From: Desulfatiglandales bacterium
GTDB lineage: Bacteria > Desulfobacterota > DSM-4660 > Desulfatiglandales > HGW-15
Reading direction: 5' to 3'
DNA: 64,000 nt
NCBI GenBank assembly: GCA_963667015.2
Contig: CAXXJJ010000004.1
Coordinates: 2,944,001 to 3,008,000, forward strand
Positions 1 to 10,008 of the stretch are shown here, one piece after another. How positions within the stretch are numbered: the stretch's first letter is position 1; each line of letters starts with the position of its first letter. A program made the translations under genes and the position numbers. A model generated the notes under the pieces. That model saw only the letters and a list, made by a program, of their open reading frames with translations, searched no databases and had not been told where the DNA came from.

Positions 1-338
1 ACATGGGCGGCCTGAAAGGCATTAATTTTATCAAGGTCGATATGGAGGTATGGTTTATTATGCTTTTCAGCCTTTCCCCGGATAAACCTCTCTCCTCCGG
101 ACAGCTTCCCGTGTGATATGACAAGGGTTCCGTCAGAATCGATTACGTTCTGTTCAGTCCTTTTTTCATCGCTGTCGGTAGGCATCTCGGTTAACTTATA
201 TTTGTTTGGCAAACGGCCGGCCTCGGTTAGCCTGCCTTTTGATATCCATCCGCCATGAGGGACATGGCATTGAATAGCTGCATCCAGGGCAGCCTGCTCA
301 GCCCCGGTTTGACCTCCCGAAATAATCTTTTTGATCAT
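1..338 (-). CDS. Circularly permuted YpsA SLOG-family ('putative molybdenum carrier') protein, 3' end runs off the window
   Basis: Not in the ORF track. Manual translation from ATG at 338: MIKKIISGGQTGAEQAALDAAIQCHVPHGGWISKGRLTEAGRLPNKYKLTEMPTDSDEKRTEQNVIDSDGTLVISHGKLSGG..., showing the ISGGQTG.D/E.AALD and RT..NV.DSDGTL motifs. Confidence 0.8.
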   Translation of the reverse strand, partial: MIKKIISGGQTGAEQAALDAAIQCHVPHGGWISKGRLTEAGRLPNKYKLTEMPTDSDEKRTEQNVIDSDGTLVISHGKLSGGERFIRGKAEKHNKPYLHIDLDKINAFQAAH

Positions 339-356
339 GGTTATATGTATGCATCT

Positions 357-605
357 CTATTTTACAGTTTTCTTGCCGGCCTTCTTTTTACCTTCTACTT
401 TCTTTGCAGCCGGTTTCTTTTTGGCTTTTCTCTTTTCAGCGGCTGCAGCAATTAAAATAATCCTGGCCTTTTTAAATTCCGATTCCAGTCTTTTAATTTC
501 GGCTTTTAATAAAGCGGTTTCATTGTTAAGTTTGGATAATTTTGTCCTGGCCAGGGTTAAACTGTAGTTAATCTGATTTGCAGTTGCCACACCGTCTCCT
601 TTCAT
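357..605 (-). CDS. Small basic coiled-coil hypothetical protein
   Basis: 82-aa ORF with a heptad-like helix and a Lys/Ala-rich tail; co-oriented with its neighbours; no family recognised. Confidence 0.4.
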   Translation of the reverse strand: MKGDGVATANQINYSLTLARTKLSKLNNETALLKAEIKRLESEFKKARIILIAAAAEKRKAKKKPAAKKVEGKKKAGKKTVK

Positions 606-831
606 TACATGTTCATAAAATAAAAAACCCCACTCTCTATTTTGAAAGCCGGGTTTATTAAACTAATCAATCCATAACAGTCCTTCCTAATGGTTTAGCA
701 TGTATTAATTAAATATCATTTATTATCCTTAATTACCCTTTCAATAACTAAAGATCAAGAGATTTAGCTTAAATACATACAAAAAAAGATACAAACTGAA
801 TTTCTCTCTTAAATATCCCTGAATATTACAT

Positions 832-2355
832 TCAATTGTATTTTTTAACCATTACCTTGTTTTTCCCCGTCCTTTTTGCACCGTATAATGCATCATCTGC
901 CCTCTTCATCAGGCTATCAACACTATCTCCCTCCTTCGCAGGATAGGCAGTGGAAACGCCACAACTTATGCTTAATGCAATTTTTTCGTTACCGTTAAAT
1001 GATGTATCAAGGTTTTGAATCAGACGATTGATAATTTTTGTAATTTTACAGGCATTTTCAATACCTGTTCCCGGAAAGATAAAAGCGAATTCCTCACCGC
1101 CATATCTTGCTACATAATCATTTCTTCTCAGATTGGTTTTAAAGGCGTCAGCTATTCTCATCAATACATGATCACCCGCCTTATGCCCATAGGTATCGTT
1201 AATCTTTTTAAAGTCATCAATATCGACCATGGCCATTGAGACAGGGGCGTTACTGCGTTTTGAGCGATACCATTCTTTTTCAAGCAATTCATCCATAAAC
1301 TGTCTGTTGTACAAACCTGTCAGAGGATCCTTACTGGCCAGAAGCTTGAGATCCTGGTTCTTTTTCTCCAGTTTTTCGGCAAGTTTCTTTTCTCTTTCAA
1401 TCGCCTTATTCAAATGGTATTTTGCAGCCTCATTTGATATGGCCATATTTAGAATTTCTTCATTAGCCTCAAGCATTATCTGTTCGTATTTCTTTTCCGC
1501 CCCCACATCAATTTCAAAATATGATGCAATTTCAACAAGCTGCGGATGAATATTGTGAAGCAGTTCTTCAGTCTTGTCAGCTTCAAGCCCTAACAATGTC
1601 TGCGCCCTGGTCGTAAATTCTTTGATATTATCGCTTTTTTTCCCGAGATAAAAAATATCACCAACTAAAGAGGCCAGATAATAAACTGGTGAGACAGCGG
1701 TATCTTTTGAATTGAGAGGATCATTTGACGGTTCACTATGATGGCTTAGAATTGAGAGCTTGATTTTTTCAGGAAGGCACCATTTATCGGCCAGCAGGCT
1801 GCCGACCTCTACATGATCAGCTCCCAGAAATTCCCTTTCTTCAGCAAGCGACAACCTTCCTTCGTGTTCCATCTTTTCTATCAATCGGTAGGCCATATCC
1901 TTATTAAAGGAATAAAAGGCGATCAGTCCTATGTCATGTAAAAGGCCATTGGTAAAGGCATCTTCATGATTTTTATTTCCAATAAGAGAACATAATTCAC
2001 GGGCAGCTATACCGCTTAAGATTGATCTCTGCCAGATCTTTGATAGAAAGAAAGATTCGGAAGGTGAAAACAGATCAACTACGCCAACAGCCAGTGCGAT
2101 ATTTCGAACAGCAGTAAATCCCAGGAGTACAACGGCCTGGTCTATGGAGGTGATTTTTCTTAAAAGCCCAAAGGCTGATGAGTTTGTAATCCTCATGATA
2201 GCAGCAGATAAACCGACATCCCTCTTGATGACATCAGCAACTTGAGAAATGCTGGATTCATCATTTTGAGTAAGACTCACTAATTTTGCAATTGAACCTG
2301 ATAGAACCGGGAGATTTTTTCCGGATTCAATCCACTCGTATATAGTTGGGCTCAA
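832..2355 (-). CDS. HDOD-domain diguanylate cyclase
   Basis: N-terminal HDOD (LPVL..., GLLHDIG, HVEVG); C-terminal GGDEF domain (DPLTGLYNR, DIDDFKKINDTYGH, RYGGEEF). Confidence 0.92.
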   Translation of the reverse strand: MSPTIYEWIESGKNLPVLSGSIAKLVSLTQNDESSISQVADVIKRDVGLSAAIMRITNSSAFGLLRKITSIDQAVVLLGFTAVRNIALAVGVVDLFSPSESFFLSKIWQRSILSGIAARELCSLIGNKNHEDAFTNGLLHDIGLIAFYSFNKDMAYRLIEKMEHEGRLSLAEEREFLGADHVEVGSLLADKWCLPEKIKLSILSHHSEPSNDPLNSKDTAVSPVYYLASLVGDIFYLGKKSDNIKEFTTRAQTLLGLEADKTEELLHNIHPQLVEIASYFEIDVGAEKKYEQIMLEANEEILNMAISNEAAKYHLNKAIEREKKLAEKLEKKNQDLKLLASKDPLTGLYNRQFMDELLEKEWYRSKRSNAPVSMAMVDIDDFKKINDTYGHKAGDHVLMRIADAFKTNLRRNDYVARYGGEEFAFIFPGTGIENACKITKIINRLIQNLDTSFNGNEKIALSISCGVSTAYPAKEGDSVDSLMKRADDALYGAKRTGKNKVMVKKYN

Positions 2356-2650
2356 AAATCTTCTCCTTTCAGTGTCTTTAAGCAGAAGCTATTATTCAGC
2401 AACAGCATGAAAACCGTATAAATTTTTAATTTTTAATCGTGATTCTAGAAAAAATATAAACTGGAAAGATAAAAATGAGTTGTATCCAGCTCATATTAAA
2501 ACGGGCATATTACTTATCGGCAGGGGAAAAAATTACTTTAAAATAACTTTATATTAGAGGATTCGGGCGGGAAAAATCATACTCATCAGCCTGCTTATAT
2601 TGATTCTTCAACACAGTCTTAAAATATTGCACCTATTATTTGCAGGAAAG

Positions 2651-2679
2651 AAAAAAGGCAGGTATTTGAAAACCCTGCC
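2651..2679 (-). terminator. Intrinsic terminator
   Basis: Minus strand reads GGCAGG-N11-CCTGCC followed by TTTTTT. Confidence 0.65.
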
Positions 2680-2702
2680 CTATATATTTTAAAGCTTCCC
2701 AA

Positions 2703-2854
2703 GATGCCGTTTTAATCCCCGAGGCGAATCTCCAGCATTAACTTTAATGGTGAGATGCCCGGCTGAAAAGATGCACGCACATCAGAGAAGCTTTTTAAGC
2801 AATCATCCCAACTCCTGGTTTATAAATTATAACCTTCGGAGGCGTTAAGCCATC
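2703..2854 (-). ncRNA. Candidate structured small RNA (long imperfect hairpin)
   Basis: Nested complementary blocks on the minus strand (GATG/CATC, CTCCGAAGG/CCTCGGGG, CCAG/CTGG, GCTTAAAAAG/CTTTTCAGC); lies between a possible TTGACC-N16-TATTTT promoter and a terminator. Confidence 0.35.
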
Positions 2855-2967
2855 ACATGGTTTATGTATTAAGTGTTGAAGTTGGATGTACTTAACTTTA
2901 GTTTAAAAATAAGCATGAAATATGATGGGTCAATGGAAAAATTAAAAAAAATTTATAAATTATCTGA

Positions 2968-3363
2968 TCATATAAATAATGCTGGCAGGTACAGGGCACA
3001 GACGATAAGAAGAGCACACCAGACTGCAATTATTATTGCGGCAGCCATTTTGCTTCGGGGAATTTCCCGTGAAATTCCATCCTGATACTTCAGATAGTAT
3101 TCTTCCCATATATTGGAAGGCACCAGTTTTATAGCCATCCAGATTCCCAGTGGAAGCAGAATCAGATCATCGAGATAACCCAGGACCGGGATAAAATCGG
3201 GGATTAAATCAATGGGGCTCACAGCATAGCCGATAACGCCTATGATAACAAGTTTAGGCAGCAGGGGAACCCTTGGGTCCCCTGCTACCTTATAAAGTGT
3301 ATAAATATTGCGTTTAATCCTAAACGCCCACTGCCTTAAAGTGGATAAAGTCATAATGATCAA
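2968..3363 (-). CDS. YkvA/DUF1232 family membrane protein
   Basis: YAVSPIDLIPDFIPVLGYLDD signature. Confidence 0.9.
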   Translation of the reverse strand: MIIMTLSTLRQWAFRIKRNIYTLYKVAGDPRVPLLPKLVIIGVIGYAVSPIDLIPDFIPVLGYLDDLILLPLGIWMAIKLVPSNIWEEYYLKYQDGISREIPRSKMAAAIIIAVWCALLIVCALYLPALFI

Positions 3364-3373
3364 TAGAGTCTGT

Positions 3374-4753
3374 TTAGAAATATATCTGAAAACGGGTCAT
3401 CAGGATGTTTGTGTCTGCTTCATCAATTATTACGCCTCCGCTGTTCCTGTCTTCAATTTTGGCAAGGATATAATTCAGATCCCAGCGCAGGTTAGGGTTA
3501 AGATACCAGTTTAGTCCAAAGGTCCAGTTGGTTTCTTTTCCGCCCATGATGTCATTATCGTTCAGGTCAAGCACTGAATACCTTAAAGCGATCTCCCATG
3601 CCCCCCAGCCGGGTTTGTTGAGCTGAAAATCGTTATTAATCTTTACCCTTGTGAATTCTCCTCCGCCATCATCTACCTGCCTGTATGCACGGTTTTCACC
3701 TGTTAGAAAATAGCTGCAGAATATATACCATGCGGAAAATTCCGGATCGTCTGCAGTCTCTGAATCTACCATGGTATAAACATATTCGCTCTGAACAGAA
3801 AAGGGCCCCCTTACATAACCTATTTCACCACCCAGCAGGTCTACTGCACCGACCCCGGCAATATTTCCCGTATCCGCCAGGCGGACATCGGTAATGTGTG
3901 TTTCCGGACGTTCTCTCAGCCTTAACGTATTATCATCTTTTCTGAACTGATGGCTGTAGGCTAGACCCAGGTGTAAAAGATTCCGGCCGTTATCGCTGTT
4001 GATGGGAAGACCGGTGATTCGACCTGTAAAATCGTAGTCTGATCCGTCTTTGAAACCATCACCCGTATCATCAACATCCTTCATAAGGCTTAAAGACCAG
4101 GTCAGGTTTTTATCGGCTGTGCTGTTTATTATTTTCACCCCTGTATTCCTGGTTGGTAAGAGTGCCGATATGAGACCTTTTTCCATAAAAACAAGATACA
4201 TGAAGTTATTGAGCTGTTCCATGGAAAAGGGCTCCTTCTGGTGCCCGAAACGTATCTCCCCGAGGCAGGGAATATTTTTCATCCCCACCCACACATCCTT
4301 GAAATCCGTATCGCCGCCTACAAAATCATATTCTGCCCTGAATGTGATATCATTATAGATACTTCCGGAGAATTCAATCCTGGCCTGCCTGAATTCCGTT
4401 CCGCTTCCTTCAAGCAGGGTATCACCGAACACATCTTCAAGTTCATTATCCGCATTGATTACCGCCCAGTCACTCAATATCCTGCCAACAAACCTGACAT
4501 CAATGGCCTTATCATCACTGGTAAGCCTGAAACCGTTTTTCCACTGGACCTTTATTTCCTTATCTTTTTTCTTCTGTGTAATCTGTTTTGATAAGTCTTC
4601 ATACTGAGTGTCTGTAATAGCCTTGTTTTCGTGCAACACCTTGAGAAGCTCAATATTGGGATCACTATTATCCTGACCGGCAAAAGATTGTTGTCCGGCA
4701 AACATCAGCAGCAGCATGATTCCGAACTTGAACATCATACCAATTTTCTGCAT
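3374..4753 (-). CDS. OprO/OprP-family anion-selective outer-membrane porin
   Basis: Signal peptide; EFRQARIE, GHQKEPFSME, GAWEIALRYS and GLNWYLNPNLR motifs; C-terminal Phe (RFQIYF). Confidence 0.85.
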   Translation of the reverse strand: MQKIGMMFKFGIMLLLMFAGQQSFAGQDNSDPNIELLKVLHENKAITDTQYEDLSKQITQKKKDKEIKVQWKNGFRLTSDDKAIDVRFVGRILSDWAVINADNELEDVFGDTLLEGSGTEFRQARIEFSGSIYNDITFRAEYDFVGGDTDFKDVWVGMKNIPCLGEIRFGHQKEPFSMEQLNNFMYLVFMEKGLISALLPTRNTGVKIINSTADKNLTWSLSLMKDVDDTGDGFKDGSDYDFTGRITGLPINSDNGRNLLHLGLAYSHQFRKDDNTLRLRERPETHITDVRLADTGNIAGVGAVDLLGGEIGYVRGPFSVQSEYVYTMVDSETADDPEFSAWYIFCSYFLTGENRAYRQVDDGGGEFTRVKINNDFQLNKPGWGAWEIALRYSVLDLNDNDIMGGKETNWTFGLNWYLNPNLRWDLNYILAKIEDRNSGGVIIDEADTNILMTRFQIYF

Positions 4754-4805
4754 AAACTTTTCCTCCCCTGTTTTGTTTCAACAATAAATTCAAATGAAAG
4801 GCCGA

Positions 4806-5267
4806 TTATTTTTTCTTCTTTGGATACAGATCAAATACTGAAGAAGGCGACTCCACGATCCTCCTGATATTTTCATCGAGTTCCTTTTTTACATTTTCAT
4901 CCTTTTTACCCCAGGCGCCCTCTATCTTCTCAATGAGTTCATATATCTCGCATGGTTTTGTCAGATAATCATATGCACCCAGTTTCAGGGCTTCAATTGC
5001 CGTATCTACAGAACCGTGACCGGTGAGTATCAGAACCTGGGTCAGCAAACCCATTTTTGAGATCTCTTTAAGGGTTGCAATGCCATCCAGCCCGGGCATT
5101 TTGATATCCAGCACAACTACATCAAAATCCTGTTTCTCAAGCTCCTGGAGAGCGCTTTCACCGTTGTCAACCGCCGTTACCAGATATCCTCTTTTATTTA
5201 ATAATCTGGCCATATTACTGGCAAAAATGGCCTCATCATCCACCAGTAATATTTTACTTCCAATCAT
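4806..5267 (-). CDS. Single-domain response regulator
   Basis: LLVDDE, VLDIKMPG, LTGHG, YLTKP. Confidence 0.92.
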   Translation of the reverse strand: MIGSKILLVDDEAIFASNMARLLNKRGYLVTAVDNGESALQELEKQDFDVVVLDIKMPGLDGIATLKEISKMGLLTQVLILTGHGSVDTAIEALKLGAYDYLTKPCEIYELIEKIEGAWGKKDENVKKELDENIRRIVESPSSVFDLYPKKKK

Positions 5268-5309
5268 AGTTGCCTCCTTTCTGTTTAATAAGATCCTTTT
5301 AAGCCAACC

Positions 5310-7043
5310 TTATTTTTGCCTGTCTGCATCCTGTTCCCGGGATATAATATCAACAGGCAGATAAATTTTAAATTCCGCGCCTTCACCGGGAGTGCTTTTA
5401 ACAGAAATTTTTCCTCCCAGGTTTTGGATAATTGTGTGACAGATGGACAGACCCAGTCCGGTTCCCTTTCCAACCGGCTTTGTAGAATAGAACGGATCAA
5501 ATATATAACCCATATCCTTTTCCTGAATTCCGCAGCCACTGTCAGCAATGGAGACTGTTACACCATCCTGATCTGTCTCTTTTTTTGTAGTAATCCTTAT
5601 GGAGCCGTAAGGCTTTCCGTTATGTGCATCAATGGCATTGGTTATCAGGTTGAGAAATACCTGCTGCAGTTGTGAAATATCGGATTTTATCCTGGGCAGG
5701 TTTTCATCAAAGGTGGCCATAAATTTTATACCGCCTGTCCTGGCCTCCCTTTCCATCAGATCAATGATCTCGACAAGAAACATATTCAAGTCAACCGTCT
5801 CGATAATCGATTTTGTCCTTCTGGAAAATCTCAGCAGATTGTGAGTGATACGTTTACACCTGTTTGACTGGACGGCAATCTGATCCATGGAGGCCGTAAA
5901 CTGCCTGGCAAATTCTTCATCATTGATAGTGGAATCTTCATACTGATCAAGGAGGATCTGCCTTTCTGTCATGATAATGGCTACAGGATTATTTATCTCG
6001 TGTGCTACCCCGGCGGCAAGTTCTCCTATTGATGCAAGCTTGCTGGCCTGAAGGAGCTGCGCATTCAGCTGCTCGGCTTCCTGATCCCTTTTTTTTATAA
6101 TTTTAACCATGTAACGGGTAATGAAGATAGCAACGATTAAGATCGTAACAGCGCTTATATGAAGAAAGATGAGGTTCATGTCCGTGGCATGGTTGATCTC
6201 TGAAAATGCCTCGGAATACTTCTGTCTGATTACCAGCATCCATTCAGGTTGTGAGACCCATGACTTGCCGACTATATATTCGGATGAATTTTTTTCAGTG
6301 CTTTCTGTATTGATCTCAACAACCGTGCCGCTGAAATCATTTATATTGACGGTTGATTTCTCCATTATCCTGCCCGAGAATTTCGGGCTTGTCTGAAAAA
6401 CTCCCTGCCTGTTTACAAGATATACCTCTCCTGTTTCACCTATTCTTACATTCTCGACAAGGGTTCTGAATACATCCGTATTTATAGTTGCACGCAGTAT
6501 CCATTTCTCATTATTATCAGACCTTGCAATGGCTATGATAAAATGAGGTTCATTTCTGAAACCAGTAAACATGTCGCTTATATGAATTCCGTTTTGCATG
6601 ACCTCTTTAAACCATGGTGTATCCGAATAGTTTTTATCCATAAGGTCATAGGGGCCAATGTAGGCAAGGTGCTTTCCCCTGTCATTTATAAGGCCGATGT
6701 CAGTTATGGTCCGTACTCCCCTGTTGATATTCTCCAGGATACTCTGGAGGTTTCCCGGAGAGAGGAGATATTCCTTTGAATTTGCATAGGCGATCAATCT
6801 GAGTTTTGAACTCTGCTCCAGCAGAAACTGTTCGATAAACCGCCTGTGGTTTTCAACCTGATCGCTGAAATTCTGTGTTATTCTGGCCCTGCCAAAATGT
6901 GTGTAATATATTGTGAGTCCCCATCCTGTGAGCAGCAGCGGAACAAGGGAACAGATAATTGTAAGAAAAGTAAACTTTTTTAAAAGGTAATTATAGAAGG
7001 GCTTTCCCCGATCAGGTGACATGCCTCTTTCACTTTCTTTCAT
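5310..7043 (-). CDS. Cache-domain sensor histidine kinase (NtrB-like)
   Basis: Two TM segments around a periplasmic Cache-like domain; H-box AHEINNP; N, G1 (DSGCG), F and G2 (GTGLGL) boxes. Confidence 0.92.
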   Translation of the reverse strand: MKESERGMSPDRGKPFYNYLLKKFTFLTIICSLVPLLLTGWGLTIYYTHFGRARITQNFSDQVENHRRFIEQFLLEQSSKLRLIAYANSKEYLLSPGNLQSILENINRGVRTITDIGLINDRGKHLAYIGPYDLMDKNYSDTPWFKEVMQNGIHISDMFTGFRNEPHFIIAIARSDNNEKWILRATINTDVFRTLVENVRIGETGEVYLVNRQGVFQTSPKFSGRIMEKSTVNINDFSGTVVEINTESTEKNSSEYIVGKSWVSQPEWMLVIRQKYSEAFSEINHATDMNLIFLHISAVTILIVAIFITRYMVKIIKKRDQEAEQLNAQLLQASKLASIGELAAGVAHEINNPVAIIMTERQILLDQYEDSTINDEEFARQFTASMDQIAVQSNRCKRITHNLLRFSRRTKSIIETVDLNMFLVEIIDLMEREARTGGIKFMATFDENLPRIKSDISQLQQVFLNLITNAIDAHNGKPYGSIRITTKKETDQDGVTVSIADSGCGIQEKDMGYIFDPFYSTKPVGKGTGLGLSICHTIIQNLGGKISVKSTPGEGAEFKIYLPVDIISREQDADRQK

Positions 7044-7126
7044 ATTGTACCTTCCAGGATCAATCCGGTTAACAAATCATACTGCACTAGTAATTGGACA
7101 CTGTTAAATGTTTACGAATATATTAC

Positions 7127-7141
7127 TCAAAAACCGTGCCA
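7127..7141 (-). promoter_or_regulatory. Sigma54-type promoter (variant -12 TTGA)
   Basis: TGGCAC-GGTTT-TTGA about 85 bp upstream of the kinase start. Confidence 0.55.
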
Positions 7142-7275
7142 TGCTTCTTCGAAGGCGCGCACATTGTAATGCGCTGAAAATACATACAAAAAATTATGGT
7201 AGGAAAGCTGAAATTACAGATTAAAAAGATTTGTAAGCAATTTGCAGACAGTGGGTGGGTATTGAGGGTTTCTAT

Positions 7276-9672
7276 TTAGAGGTTTCTAAGACAGGGCCAG
7301 TACTCCTTATGGATCTCGATGGCTTTTTTAAGACCAGGCAGACTGAATGGATTTTCATGTGTAATGCGATTGATCTTTTGAGGCGGAATGGTCGGAATGC
7401 CAGCCAGTTCCTGCATTACCCTTGACCCGCATTTCCTGATCCCGTTTATGCTGTATCCCCCTTCCATGACAAACAACAGCCGCCCTTCACATAACTCCGT
7501 TGCAAGTTGTTTTAATATGCCGGTCATGATGGCATAACCTTCCGGGGTGACATTCATCTTTCCAAGGGGATCTTCATGATAAAGGTCAAACCCGAGGGAT
7601 ACCATAATAATATCGGGTTTGTATTCTCTTGCTACTGGTTTAAGCATAAAATGAAATATCTTCTGATAGTCCAGGTCGCCTAATCCCATTGAAACAGGAA
7701 CATTAACCGTGTAGCCTTCACCCGGCCCATCTCCTGTTTCACCCAGTTTTCCGGTACCAGGGAAGCATGGAACCTGGTGAACAGAAAAATAGAGCACATC
7801 ATTCCTGTCATAGAAAATCTTTTGTGTACCGTTTCCATGGTGAAGGTCAATATCAACTATAAGTATCCTCTTTGCGTTATGATATCTTATTGCATATTCC
7901 GCCCCCAGGGCAATATTATTGAAAATACAGAAACCCATTGACCTGTCAGGTTCAGCATGATGCCCGGGAGGACGTATAAAGGCCACTCCCATGGGTTTTG
8001 TCCGGGCATCATACAGGCTCTCAATAAGGCTAAATATCCCTCCGGCTGCAAGCCTTGCTATTGTGTATGACTGTTCGGTTGTCTGTGTGTCAGGATCAAG
8101 TGATGATATTTCAATGCCGGATGTCTGAGCTACCTTTTCAACATATTCTTTTTTATGAACCCATAAAAGTTCTTCGTCAGTTGCAGTCCTTGGTGTTATA
8201 AGGGTTATTCTTTCAGGGAGTGGATCTTCCGAAAGTATCCTGTGAATCGCCTGGATTCTCTTTGAGCTTTCCATATGAAAGACACCCTTGAGATGATTCT
8301 CAAATATACTGTCCCAGACCACTGGTATCTGACCCGCGCCATTTAAGATCATATGGGTTGTTCGTATATTATCTTTCTCCTTCAATCCTTCCCGGAGCAT
8401 TGTGGACTCGGGTATTTTATTTGAATATCTCTGCAACAGATTTTTCGTCTTCTCCCTAAGTACAGTATTCCTGCCCGGCCCCATACAGCTTGAAACAACC
8501 AGCACCGCGGCCTTTCGCTTTGGATCATCGATATTCTTATTTTTTGCAAGGTATTTGATCTGGCTCAGAATCCGTTTCTCCAGCGCCCTTTCGAGACTCT
8601 CCGGCATGGCTGAAAGACCCATCGCCATAACAGTAACATATAAAAGCAGCTTGCCTTCGGGGGTTTTCAGGGTATAGCCATATGGGTGCCTGTAACTGAA
8701 CCCTGTTGATTTATAAAAATCCTCGGCCCCTGATTCGGCACTCAAATATATTTCATGGGCATTGGGCCATCTCTGCATCCACAACAGCCAGGTTCCTGCA
8801 ATCAGAAATGTCCCTGTGCCCTTTACCCTGGGATATCCTGCTGTTTCCGGAGAAACAGGCACACTGTTGACAGTTGAGATATATTTCACCTCAATGGTTG
8901 AGGTCATGTGTCTTTGTCTCTTATTCAGCAGTATCAACCCGGTAATTTTATCATCCGTTACAGAGGCATAAAGCATATCCGATATTCCTGAAATCAACAG
9001 GTTAAGCAGAAAGCGGACATGGAAATACTCAAGCCGGATCTCTGCTGCCTGTTTAAGTGAATCATATGAAAATGGAAACGGTATAAAACGGGTCTGTAAG
9101 CCGGGGCTGATCTCTGCAGTATACAGTATATCTGGTTCGATTTTTTTTTGACTGTCTGATGACGGCTTAAACGCTGCAAGAATTTCAAGAATTGATTCGA
9201 TGAATTTAGTATCCGTTTTCCTGGCTAATGAGGATCTCTTCTTTTTAATATCCGCAATCGCCCTGTCTATTTCAAAATTGACAAGTGTTTCAACTCCTGC
9301 CTGTTTAACCTTTTTTACCTCCGAAAGATAATCAGCATGCGTTCCACGAAGCTGTAATTTATATTTTTCAACCAGTTCTCCATATTTAATAATAAGCCGT
9401 TCTTCAAGAGGCTCCGTTCCATGAATAAAGGTGCCAGCCCTGTTAACAGGAACCTTTTCTCCATCAAAGTAAAAGTAAAGGTCTCCACCATTCGGGTCTT
9501 CAGATGTGGTAATGCTGCCTGTGTGAATTAACTCAGTAAGACCATAGCCAATCTCCTGGTCCCTGGAAGAAACAGCTGATACTGCCCTGTGCAATAGATC
9601 CCTTGTAATCATTTTACATTCCGGGTGTGAAGTTTTACCTGCTATTTTATAGAAACATTTATCTTCAGACAA
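7276..9672 (-). CDS. Zn-dependent deacetylase (HDAC/AcuC family) fused to an N-terminal region containing a GNAT-like domain
   Basis: C-terminal half has RPPGHHA, GFCIFNN, DIDLHHGNGTQ, GFD and EGGY. Middle region has RVKGTGTFLI and AEDFYKSTGF, resembling GNAT motifs A and B. TTG start is uncertain. Confidence 0.8.
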   Translation of the reverse strand: MSEDKCFYKIAGKTSHPECKMITRDLLHRAVSAVSSRDQEIGYGLTELIHTGSITTSEDPNGGDLYFYFDGEKVPVNRAGTFIHGTEPLEERLIIKYGELVEKYKLQLRGTHADYLSEVKKVKQAGVETLVNFEIDRAIADIKKKRSSLARKTDTKFIESILEILAAFKPSSDSQKKIEPDILYTAEISPGLQTRFIPFPFSYDSLKQAAEIRLEYFHVRFLLNLLISGISDMLYASVTDDKITGLILLNKRQRHMTSTIEVKYISTVNSVPVSPETAGYPRVKGTGTFLIAGTWLLWMQRWPNAHEIYLSAESGAEDFYKSTGFSYRHPYGYTLKTPEGKLLLYVTVMAMGLSAMPESLERALEKRILSQIKYLAKNKNIDDPKRKAAVLVVSSCMGPGRNTVLREKTKNLLQRYSNKIPESTMLREGLKEKDNIRTTHMILNGAGQIPVVWDSIFENHLKGVFHMESSKRIQAIHRILSEDPLPERITLITPRTATDEELLWVHKKEYVEKVAQTSGIEISSLDPDTQTTEQSYTIARLAAGGIFSLIESLYDARTKPMGVAFIRPPGHHAEPDRSMGFCIFNNIALGAEYAIRYHNAKRILIVDIDLHHGNGTQKIFYDRNDVLYFSVHQVPCFPGTGKLGETGDGPGEGYTVNVPVSMGLGDLDYQKIFHFMLKPVAREYKPDIIMVSLGFDLYHEDPLGKMNVTPEGYAIMTGILKQLATELCEGRLLFVMEGGYSINGIRKCGSRVMQELAGIPTIPPQKINRITHENPFSLPGLKKAIEIHKEYWPCLRNL

Positions 9673-10008
9673 GCCGGATCTGATTAAAGGGGGAAATTCT
9701 AAAAAGCCTTATTTGAACTTGTTTAGCGGCCCCCCTTAAAACAGTCTGTGCCATAATTAAAATACCTTTATGCCTTTTCGACCAACCGGAGAAATCATGT
9801 ATTCGAAGGGAGATTACACAATTAGATTTCACGGTTAAAAGCTCGAAATGCCATCCTGGCACATCCTGAAAAGGGAGGCCGCATCTGTCAAGGAGACATA
9901 TGCCAAGTTATATTGTACTGCGTATGTTCAGTACGTCTTCCCTGATATGATCGGGAAAAGTGTTTATCATTTTCCCCGAAACTCAAAAATAAAATGCCCC
10001 CTGGCTTT

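Noticed and set aside
2356..2960. c-di-GMP riboswitch upstream of the diguanylate cyclase
   Set aside because: No GGCAAA...GAAA...GACGCAAA-type consensus seen; the structured segment is followed by a terminator far from the gene
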